Part shown: positions 17,776-25,834 of the stretch, in pieces
Layout of the letters: every line of letters starts with the position of its first letter
How positions within the stretch are numbered: the first letter of the stretch is position 1
Assembly (NCBI GenBank): GCA_945936265.1
Contig: CAMETB010000001.1
Coordinates: 1 to 33,335, forward strand
Length of the DNA stretch: 33,335 nt
From: an uncultured Clostridia bacterium
GTDB lineage: Bacteria; Bacillota; Clostridia; Oscillospirales; CAG-272
Direction of reading: 5' to 3'
Position numbers and translations under genes: made by a program
Notes under the pieces: generated by a model
Database searches by the model: none
What the model saw: the letters and a program-made list of their open reading frames with translations, nothing else
What the model was told of the DNA's origin: nothing

Positions 17776-20247
17776 CTATTTCTTCATCTTCAAACGACGT
17801 TTGATTTCCTGTGTTATTCTCTCTGAATTATCCGGTCCGTTGGCTGTCTCATCAAAGAAATACTTCAATACTTCTTTTCGCCACCCGGCGTCCTTCTGAG
17901 GATCTTCAAGATATTTTCCCACTTCTTCCATTGTTTCTTCCCAGGTGTAAGTTTTAGGACCGGGAGTTGCTTCCATATAATCGAGATTCATATCGGTATC
18001 ATTTTTACAAAATGTTTCATAGTCATAGCAAAAGAACACTGCTGCTTTGTCAAATAATAAGAAATCGTATGCTATGGAAGAGTAATCGGAAATTATTACT
18101 GCGTAATCGTTTATTCTCGGATAAATATCCTTTTCATCATCAAATTTTATTCTGTCATATTTTTTTATAACCGGTTTGATTAATTTCGAATAATTGCGCC
18201 ATGTGTTCGGATGAAGACGAAGGACAAATACCGAATCGTATTTTTCCATGGTTTCCTGAATCATACTGACACTGTCAAGAAAATTTTTAACAAGCGACTT
18301 CTCGTCTTCCTCTTTCATACGATAAGTCGGCGCATATATCACATAATTTTTTGAAGGTGAACTCAATGAATTATATACAGGCAAATTTCTCGGATGACCT
18401 GCCATGAAATAACTTGACTCCGGTATGTTCCATCTCTTTCCGAACATATCTATCCGTTCCTGACCGGGACAAACAAACAGAAAATATTTCTCGAACAATT
18501 CTCTGAAATAAGCATGCCTGAAATACTTGATTTTCTTTATAAATCTCGTGCCTGCGGAATCTCCCGGCTGTGCAATTATGTCGGTGCTGTACATTACCCC
18601 GGCAACATCGGTATTTTTAACTTCCTTGCCATTGCCCATAGATTTAAGACCGACGCCATGCCAGAGTTGGACTATCTTCGTTCTGTCACTTAATCCGTGC
18701 AGCGGATTATAATCCGTCATTTTGAAATGGTCGGTAACAGCCACAGAACAACGAGCCATCCTCCATGCCCCCGCAATCGTATTGTTCATAGAGACAGGGT
18801 AACCGTTTGCCTTCAGTTTCTTATAGAGTTCTTTGCTTTTTGTAAACCAAATGGCCTTTATTTCCGGGTGGTTTTTCACTACATATTCATAGTAATACTT
18901 TGCATTGTCGAAAAATTTGTTTCCTGCGTAAAACGAAGTAAATGCCCATCTCTTTTTGCTCTTCGGTATGAGACAATTCAGCCAGTATGCAATGAATTTG
19001 GAAAAATTATAAACTTTCCTTGAAAACTTGCACTTTTTCAGTCTGGAAATAAATTTCTTTATTTTCGCTTTTGTCAATGACAATCTGGTATATAACTTTA
19101 CTATAGGCTTGAAAAGATGCATAAATTTCGAGTTTCTTGCGACAATTTTATTACCTTCCCAGCCATAAATTCTTGTCATCCTTCTGCTGTCGTTATAAAA
19201 TGACAAATATGCGTTTAAGGAAATTACGCCGGCATCCGGGAAAGTTATGAAAAAATCCGCAATTTCTTTTTTCATATTGTTCTTGACCAGCACCTGCAGA
19301 TACAAACTTGCCTCGTATTTAATGCGATTCTCTATCTGAACAACGCCGTATCCGCCATACCATCTGATGAAAAACTGTCGTAATCCCGTCAACATTATCA
19401 GATACTGCGGTCTCGTATACAAAAAGTTCTCGTCCATGCTCTTGTATGTTGTAAGAGAGTTGTCGTTTTTTCTGTATACAGCCATTACTTTGTCTTCCAG
19501 GTACACCATGCCCCGACGTCCCATATGCAAAAGGAACATCGGCAAATCGCCTATATACTTGTTTCTGTAAAACCAATCGGGAAGAGGGTTAAGATCTTGA
19601 TTTACACGCAGCATTACAGCGAGTGGCGTAGGATTTCCCCCACACTCCATAAATGTCTTTACATCATAATAATTGTTTTTTGATTTTTTAAATTCCGGAA
19701 TACACTCCGGCATATAAATGTTTCCATCTTTTGCTCTCTTATAATACGTTTCAAGAAAATGATTTTTCGGCAGCGTCATCAGAACATTGCAGAAACATCC
19801 CCCTAAATCGGGATGCGCAGCCAAGTAATCATATTGATATTGGAGTTTGTTTTCGTCGGTCCAGTAATCATCCCCGTCACAAAATGCGACAAAAGGTGAC
19901 GCAGCAACTGCCCTCTCGCAAAGGTCTCCGAAATTTCTCATACTTCCTACATTTTTACGTCTTAAAACAGGTACTATCAACCCCGGATATCTTTTTGCAT
20001 ATTGTCTTACAATATCTGTCGTTCCGTCAGTACTGCAGTCGTCACCGACAAGTATCTGAAACCTGAAATTAGTCTTCTGGCATACAAGGCTGTCAAGGCA
20101 CTCTTTTATATATTCCTTCTGATTATAAGTAACGGTTACAATTGAAACCATTATCGGATTGACTTTTTTACGAACCGTTGTCTTTTTTTTCTTTGTTAAT
20201 TTCTTTTTGTTGCTTTTCTTATTTGTTTTTGACATATCCAATACCAA
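17776..20247 (-). CDS. Bifunctional GT2 glycosyltransferase / TagF-like CDP-alditol phosphotransferase
   Basis: The N-terminal GT2 domain reads VSIVTVTYNQKEYIKECLDSL...LVGDDCSTDGTTDI...CDGDDYW. The C-terminal Glyphos_transf-type motifs are IVQLWHGVGLK, VIYAPTYR, VLRLHPN and ISDYSSIAYDFLLFDKAAVFFCYDYE. The start is uncertain (TTG 20247, ATG 20235 or ATG 20151). Confidence 0.8.
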   Translation of the reverse strand: MVLDMSKTNKKSNKKKLTKKKKTTVRKKVNPIMVSIVTVTYNQKEYIKECLDSLVCQKTNFRFQILVGDDCSTDGTTDIVRQYAKRYPGLIVPVLRRKNVGSMRNFGDLCERAVAASPFVAFCDGDDYWTDENKLQYQYDYLAAHPDLGGCFCNVLMTLPKNHFLETYYKRAKDGNIYMPECIPEFKKSKNNYYDVKTFMECGGNPTPLAVMLRVNQDLNPLPDWFYRNKYIGDLPMFLLHMGRRGMVYLEDKVMAVYRKNDNSLTTYKSMDENFLYTRPQYLIMLTGLRQFFIRWYGGYGVVQIENRIKYEASLYLQVLVKNNMKKEIADFFITFPDAGVISLNAYLSFYNDSRRMTRIYGWEGNKIVARNSKFMHLFKPIVKLYTRLSLTKAKIKKFISRLKKCKFSRKVYNFSKFIAYWLNCLIPKSKKRWAFTSFYAGNKFFDNAKYYYEYVVKNHPEIKAIWFTKSKELYKKLKANGYPVSMNNTIAGAWRMARCSVAVTDHFKMTDYNPLHGLSDRTKIVQLWHGVGLKSMGNGKEVKNTDVAGVMYSTDIIAQPGDSAGTRFIKKIKYFRHAYFRELFEKYFLFVCPGQERIDMFGKRWNIPESSYFMAGHPRNLPVYNSLSSPSKNYVIYAPTYRMKEEDEKSLVKNFLDSVSMIQETMEKYDSVFVLRLHPNTWRNYSKLIKPVIKKYDRIKFDDEKDIYPRINDYAVIISDYSSIAYDFLLFDKAAVFFCYDYETFCKNDTDMNLDYMEATPGPKTYTWEETMEEVGKYLEDPQKDAGWRKEVLKYFFDETANGPDNSERITQEIKRRLKMKK

Positions 20248-20264
20248 TCTTCAATTTGTTTATT

Positions 20265-21542
20265 TTAAACTCTCCAGTCCAAAAGCGCTTCCACTTCGCT
20301 GCAATCAAAAACAGGAATGCCGCAGACACGGCTCACATCATAACGCTCGCTGAAAGCGTCATCGATAAATATTGCAGACTTTTGTACTATATATGATGAC
20401 TTAGGTTTATCGTTGTCAATAACGATAATATCACTGAAAAGTTCCTCGCTGATATGAAAATCCTTAAGGCTCGAATGGATATCTTTACTGTGCCGGCTTA
20501 AAAGCACGATGTTCTTACCCTGATTTTTCGCCTGATAAAGAAACATCATAAGAATTGTATTTACTTTATCTCCCAGATGAACCGTGTCATCAAAATCCAC
20601 ATAGACCCAGGAATATTCGATATCTGTTTTATAACGGCTTATAAATGCACGGTCGACCGTTATACTGTACTTATTGTCAATAACCGTTACGGGAACGCCT
20701 TCAAAACAAAATAAAGTCATCATCGGATAGTTAAGCCCGAGATTTCGGGTTATTCCCATTGTCCCCGCAATTCTGGGGGCAACCTCCATCAACCGATATT
20801 CTCCGGAATCATTTCTTTTCAGCTGGAAAAACCATGCACCTTTGAAATGAAGACGACTGTTGATAATTTTTGCAATTTGCTTTACCTTTTCATCTTCGGG
20901 CAAAATCTCGCTGCTTACGCTTATACCTGTCCTTATCCGTTTTCTGTTTCGCATTTTAAAGCACAATAAATTTCCGTCATTGTCTGTGAAACAGTCAACA
21001 GTATATTCTTCACCGCTGAGATACTCACATATTATTCTCCCGGGGTTTTCATTCAATGCATATTTAAGTTCCGCCGCGTCGTTCACTTTCAGAGCGCCCT
21101 GCGCACCTTGTCCGACATCCGGCTTTACAAACACGGGAAATTTCTTAACCTCACTCTCAGAGTATGTATCCGGCACAAAATCCTCGTCTTTGAAAAGCCT
21201 GTATGTTTTTGATTTTGAACGGCAGATCTCCGTTGTGTAAAGATCAGCGGAAACAATCACAGCGTTTATTTTATCTGCATTTTGCACAAGAAACAGTTGA
21301 ATATCATCGTACGCCGGATATATGTAATCTATTTCATACTCCTTAATCACTTCATTGAGTTTTTCAATAAAATCCGGAGAATCAAAATACGGCACCCCGG
21401 TAATGCAATTTGAAAAAACATATTCGCTGTGATTAGGCGTACTGGTCAACCCGTATACTTTGAAATGCTTGGAATATTTCAGTGCGTTATTTATTTCAAG
21501 TCCTATTTCGGAACCTGCGGGAAAAACAAGTACGTTTTTCAT
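20265..21542 (-). CDS. ATP-grasp ligase fused to a small HAD-like phosphatase domain
   Basis: Residues 1 to about 300 form the ATP-grasp domain (FPVFVKPDVGQGAQGALKV, ICEYLSGEEYTVDCF, LMEVAPRIAGTMG). The C-terminal ~110 aa carry HAD motifs: I VDFDDTV (DxDxT), II VLLSR, III DKPKS, IV FIDDAFSE. Confidence 0.7.
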   Translation of the reverse strand: MKNVLVFPAGSEIGLEINNALKYSKHFKVYGLTSTPNHSEYVFSNCITGVPYFDSPDFIEKLNEVIKEYEIDYIYPAYDDIQLFLVQNADKINAVIVSADLYTTEICRSKSKTYRLFKDEDFVPDTYSESEVKKFPVFVKPDVGQGAQGALKVNDAAELKYALNENPGRIICEYLSGEEYTVDCFTDNDGNLLCFKMRNRKRIRTGISVSSEILPEDEKVKQIAKIINSRLHFKGAWFFQLKRNDSGEYRLMEVAPRIAGTMGITRNLGLNYPMMTLFCFEGVPVTVIDNKYSITVDRAFISRYKTDIEYSWVYVDFDDTVHLGDKVNTILMMFLYQAKNQGKNIVLLSRHSKDIHSSLKDFHISEELFSDIIVIDNDKPKSSYIVQKSAIFIDDAFSERYDVSRVCGIPVFDCSEVEALLDWRV

Positions 21543-22513
21543 CGGTTTTTGCTCCTAATTTCAAATTTTATCTTTCTTATTTTCTCCGAAAGTTTTGTCA
21601 TAATCGCGACAAATACCGCAATCGGTGATATGGCAATGAATTTAATTTTTCCTACGCGGGATATTACTTGCTTTAAGCATTCTGAATTTGCAGGGCTCTT
21701 GCGGATAAGTGATTTTATCAATGCACTGCCGCATATTTTCAGTTTTCTTGTCCTGAAACAAATTTTTTTATTTTCAATATCCGACGCTAATTGTGATAAT
21801 TTTTCATTTATGTCGTAATCAACAACGGAATTTTCATTTTTATAAATTTTGTCTGTAACGCTCCCGTCGGAAAATTTACGATAGCAACCGAGTATTCTGC
21901 TCAATCGATAAAAATTTCCCTTCATCGAATACAACATTACAATGGTTCTGTCTGAAATCTGGGGATGTACCTCGTACATATTTCTAAGTTCCGGATACTC
22001 GCTGAAAATATTACGGTACATCATCGTACTTGTCTGACCCGGTAAAAATATCCCCTTAAAACTCTTGAATGTAAATTTCCGGTTATAAGATATCCACGGC
22101 AAAAAGCCATCACCCGAGAGCCTTCCGTCCTCTCCGATCAAAGTACAATCCCCGCAGCAGCCTATAAATCGAGGATGCGTTTCCATAAACTCAACCTGTG
22201 AGATAAGTTTATATTTATCACACCAATAATCGTCGCCTTCCAACGTTGCCACATACTTTCCGGAAGCTGCCGCAAGCAACAGATATAAATTTTTCGATGC
22301 ACCTATGTTCTTTTCCCTGACAAACAATTTTATTTTGTCGGGAAACCGCGACCTGAACTCTTCAAGTATGTCGGTTGTACCGTCGGTCGAGCAATCGTCG
22401 CCTATCAATATTTCATAATCAACATCACCCTGCTGAGACAGCACGCTGTTAACCGCTTCGGAAATATATTTTCGTTGGTTATGCGCGATAATCAATACAG
22501 ATACCAAACTCAT
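21539..22513 (-). CDS. GT2 family glycosyltransferase with a C-terminal hydrophobic segment
   Basis: Motifs are VSVLIIAHNQRKYISEAVNSVLSQ, LIGDDCSTDGTTDI and LEGDDYW. The C-terminus contains FIAISPIAVFVAIM. It is paralogous to the GT2 half of the 823 aa protein. Confidence 0.8.
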   Translation of the reverse strand: MSLVSVLIIAHNQRKYISEAVNSVLSQQGDVDYEILIGDDCSTDGTTDILEEFRSRFPDKIKLFVREKNIGASKNLYLLLAAASGKYVATLEGDDYWCDKYKLISQVEFMETHPRFIGCCGDCTLIGEDGRLSGDGFLPWISYNRKFTFKSFKGIFLPGQTSTMMYRNIFSEYPELRNMYEVHPQISDRTIVMLYSMKGNFYRLSRILGCYRKFSDGSVTDKIYKNENSVVDYDINEKLSQLASDIENKKICFRTRKLKICGSALIKSLIRKSPANSECLKQVISRVGKIKFIAISPIAVFVAIMTKLSEKIRKIKFEIRSKNR

Positions 22514-22514
22514 G

Positions 22515-23630
22515 TCAAGCCTTACAACACCGTAGAATCGTATCGCATATCCTGTCTATATCTTCGAAAGAAAGTTCGGCATAGAGCGGAAGCGTGAGAA
22601 CGTTCTCCGAGATTCTTTTTGCTACAGGTGTATCCGCCGGACTGCATTTTTCCCGAATCGCCGTAAAATCAGATGTTATGGGATAGAAATATTTCCTTGC
22701 AAAAATATTTTCGCTCTCGAGAGCCTTTGCTATATCGTCGCGGTTTTTCCCCAATATCTTTTCATCGAAAACAACAGGAAAATAAGAATAGTTGTAAACC
22801 GTGTTTTCTTTTTCTTTACAGAGAGTTATTCCGTCTATTCCGTCGAGGCGTTCGCGATATCTGCCGACGCATGCCTTCCTCTTATCGATGTATTCGTTTA
22901 TATGGCGCATATTACAAATTCCCATCGCGGCCTGAAATTCGTTCATTTTTGAGTTTGTACCAAGAACGCTTACATCATCCTCTCCGGAAAATCCGAACTG
23001 GCACAGAGCGTGAATCCTATCCTTGAGATTGCTGTCTTTAAACGCAAGGCAACCTCCCTCAATCGAATTGAACACTTTTGTAGCATGAAAACTGAACATT
23101 GTAATGTCTCCGAGAGAGGCTACACTTCTTCCGTCGACTTTTTCTCCGAACGCATGTGCACCGTCATATATCACTTTTAAATTATACTTGGATGCCAGCT
23201 GCTCTATCTTTTTATAATTGCAAATATTGCCGTAAACATGTACCGGCATAATGGCGCTAGTTTTTTCCGTAATAAGTGATTCGATTTTATCTGCGTCAAT
23301 GGTATAATCGTTCTCATCGATATCGCAAAATACAGGCGTAAGCCCTTTTCTCATAATCGCCAAAGTCGTGGACGCAAAGGTAAAAGGGGTCGTAATTACC
23401 TCTCCCGTAAGTTCAAGAGCATCAATTGCTATCTCAAGCGCCTGATGCCCGTTTGAAAACAAATGTATATTTGGTATATCCAGATATTTAACGAGTTGCC
23501 TTTCCAATTCCTGATGCTTCTCTCCGAAGTTGGTCAGCCAATGGCTGTCCCAGATTGATCGGATTTCCTTACAATATTCGTCAAAAGGAGGCATTGAAGA
23601 CATTGTAACCCGAATGACATCTTTACTCAT
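22515..23630 (-). CDS. DegT/DnrJ/EryC1/StrS family PLP-dependent sugar aminotransferase
   Basis: The PLP lysine motif is FSFHATKVFNSIEGG. Length is 371 aa. It lies directly downstream of rfbA-rfbB. An AAGGAAAG ribosome-binding site precedes ATG 23630. Confidence 0.85.
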   Translation of the reverse strand: MSKDVIRVTMSSMPPFDEYCKEIRSIWDSHWLTNFGEKHQELERQLVKYLDIPNIHLFSNGHQALEIAIDALELTGEVITTPFTFASTTLAIMRKGLTPVFCDIDENDYTIDADKIESLITEKTSAIMPVHVYGNICNYKKIEQLASKYNLKVIYDGAHAFGEKVDGRSVASLGDITMFSFHATKVFNSIEGGCLAFKDSNLKDRIHALCQFGFSGEDDVSVLGTNSKMNEFQAAMGICNMRHINEYIDKRKACVGRYRERLDGIDGITLCKEKENTVYNYSYFPVVFDEKILGKNRDDIAKALESENIFARKYFYPITSDFTAIREKCSPADTPVAKRISENVLTLPLYAELSFEDIDRICDTILRCCKA

Positions 23631-23659
23631 TTATTTCACTTTCCTTTTTATGTAGTATG

Positions 23660-24679
23660 TTATCTGTTCCCGTACATTTTTGCGTAATAGTCCTTATATT
23701 CGCCGTTGATGATATGTTCCCACCACTCACGGTTTTCAAGATACCACTGAATAGTCTTCTGAATCCCGTCTGCAAATTTTGTTTCCGGGAGCCATCCAAG
23801 CTCGTTGTGTATCTTTGTCGGGTCAATTGCGTATCGTCTGTCGTGTCCTTTGCGATCAGTTACATGTGTTATAAGGCTCTCGGGTTTATCAAGTGCCTTA
23901 CATATTATCCTGACGATATCGATGTTTCTCATCTCATTGTGCCCGCCGATATTATACACTTCTCCGACACGACCTTTATGAATTATCATATCAATCGCTC
24001 GACAGTGATCTTCGACATACAGCCAGTCCCGCACATTCAGTCCCTCTCCGTAAACCGGTAAAGGCTTATCATGCAACGCATTGGCTATCATTAACGGAAT
24101 GAGTTTTTCCGGAAACTGATACGGCCCGTAGTTATTTGAACAGCGAGAGATTGTTATCGGTAAACCGTACGTCCTGTAATATGCCTGCACAAGTAAATCA
24201 GCGCTTGCTTTGGATGCGGAATACGGTGAACTTGTGTGTAACGGAGTGGACTCAGTAAACAGCATATCCGGTCTGTCAAGGGGCAAATCCCCATACACTT
24301 CGTCCGTTGATACCTGATGAAAACGCTCTATGCCGTATTTCCGGCAGGCATCCATCATAACGGAAGTTCCCACTATATTGGTATTCAAAAATACGCCCGG
24401 ATTTTCAATTGAACGGTCAACATGACTTTCCGCGGCAAAGTTTATGACAACATCAGGATGCTCGTTTTCGAAAACGTTGAAAACAGCATCGCGATCGGTT
24501 ATATCAACTTTGTAAAACTTAAAATTCGGGTTGCGTGTCAGGGGTGCAATGGTTTCAAAATTCCCTGCATAAGTGAGACAATCAACACAGATTATCTTAT
24601 AATCCGGATGATTTTTCGCCATATAATGAACAAAATTTCCTCCGATAAATCCGGCTCCACCGGTCACTATGATCTTCAT
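23660..24679 (-). CDS. rfbB: dTDP-glucose 4,6-dehydratase
   Basis: Motifs are [23 protein letters not shown] and YSASKASAD, with a C-terminal WW...EY-rich tail typical of RmlB. Length is 339 aa. Confidence 0.9.
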   Translation of the reverse strand: MKIIVTGGAGFIGGNFVHYMAKNHPDYKIICVDCLTYAGNFETIAPLTRNPNFKFYKVDITDRDAVFNVFENEHPDVVINFAAESHVDRSIENPGVFLNTNIVGTSVMMDACRKYGIERFHQVSTDEVYGDLPLDRPDMLFTESTPLHTSSPYSASKASADLLVQAYYRTYGLPITISRCSNNYGPYQFPEKLIPLMIANALHDKPLPVYGEGLNVRDWLYVEDHCRAIDMIIHKGRVGEVYNIGGHNEMRNIDIVRIICKALDKPESLITHVTDRKGHDRRYAIDPTKIHNELGWLPETKFADGIQKTIQWYLENREWWEHIINGEYKDYYAKMYGNR

Positions 24680-25554
24680 TGACTATCCTCCGCCAACTTC
24701 ATAATATACTGTCCGTACTCGGTCATTTTCATCTCTTCTCCGAGTTTTTTCAACTGTTCCGTCGTTATAAATCCACGTCTCCATGCAATCTCCTCGATGC
24801 ATGAAATATAAAAGCCCTGCATATCCTGAACGCTCTGTACAAACTCAGCGGCTTTCAGCATTCTTTTCGGTGAGCCTGTATCAAGCCATGCCATTCCGCG
24901 CCCCATGAGAATTACATTAAGTTTTCCTTCCGACAAATACCGGTTGTTTATCGATGTTATTTCAATCTCACCGCGAGCAGAAGGCTCCACTTTTTTTGCC
25001 ATATCAACAACTTTGTTATCATAAAAATACAACCCCAGAACCGCATAATTCGATTTTGGTTCCGCAGGCTTTTCCTGTATGGAAATAACTTTGTTGTTCT
25101 TATCAAACTCTACAACGCCGAATTCACGCGGATTTGCAACCGGGTAACCGAAAACGGTTGCCCCTCCGTTTTCAACCTGTGCCATCGCAGTTCTCAGATA
25201 TGTACTGAGTCCTTGTCCGTAAAATACATTGTCTCCGAGAACAAGGCACACGCTGTCGTTCCCGATGAAATCTTCACCGAGAATAAATGCATCTGCAAGT
25301 CCGCGGGGCTTGTCCTGAACTTTATATTCGATATGTATTCCTATACGACTCCCGTCTCCCAACAGTTTTCTGTAATTCGGAGTATCGTCGGGAGTGGATA
25401 TTACGAGAATATCTTTTATTCCGGCAAGCAGCAGCACAGACAACGGATAATATATAAGCGGCTTATCATATATTGTCAATAACTGTTTTGAGACCGAAAT
25501 TGTGCTTGGATAAAGGCGGGTCCCTTTGCCCCCGGCAAGAATTATACCTTTCAC
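24676..25554 (-). CDS. rfbA: Glucose-1-phosphate thymidylyltransferase
   Basis: Motifs are [31 protein letters not shown] and [11 protein letters not shown] prefer the GTG start at 25554 (MKGIILAGG) with GAGAGG upstream over the track's GTG at 25572. Confidence 0.9.
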   Translation of the reverse strand: MKGIILAGGKGTRLYPSTISVSKQLLTIYDKPLIYYPLSVLLLAGIKDILVISTPDDTPNYRKLLGDGSRIGIHIEYKVQDKPRGLADAFILGEDFIGNDSVCLVLGDNVFYGQGLSTYLRTAMAQVENGGATVFGYPVANPREFGVVEFDKNNKVISIQEKPAEPKSNYAVLGLYFYDNKVVDMAKKVEPSARGEIEITSINNRYLSEGKLNVILMGRGMAWLDTGSPKRMLKAAEFVQSVQDMQGFYISCIEEIAWRRGFITTEQLKKLGEEMKMTEYGQYIMKLAEDSQ

Positions 25555-25684
25555 AGCAGTTAAACCTCTCACATCTTTTTTATCAGCATAATATACAATA
25601 GCTTCCGGAGTCAGATTATTGCATATTTCTGCAATTTTCAGAAATATTCAACCTGTTTTCAGTGGCTGATATTCCTAAGTTATA

Positions 25685-25713
25685 ATTATAACTTATTTAT
25701 TTCTTTATGTCAA
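25685..25713 (-). promoter_or_regulatory. Consensus sigma-A promoter of the glycopolymer operon
   Basis: The minus strand reads TTGACA - 17 nt - TATAAT, a perfect match to both hexamers. This gives a leader of about 120 nt before rfbA. Confidence 0.65.
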
Positions 25714-25834
25714 CATATTTCGATTCGTTTGTGCAAATTTCCAAATAAATCCGTGTCGTTTTATGTTGATAAACGGCATTTGTAAAACGTCATTAAAAAG
25801 CTGCTCTACATTGTTCAGGCGCTTTTGTAAATTT

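Noticed and set aside
23660-25554. I considered reading rfbA-rfbB as a dTDP-rhamnose pathway.
   Set aside because: rfbC (epimerase) and rfbD (reductase) are absent from the window, and a DegT aminotransferase follows directly. An amino-sugar branch is more consistent.
25780-25834. I looked for an intrinsic terminator immediately downstream of the intact guaA.
   Set aside because: Only a weak AAAAGC...GCTTTT pairing with a ~19-nt loop is present, which is not convincing. This contrasts with the strong terminator next to the remnant copy.
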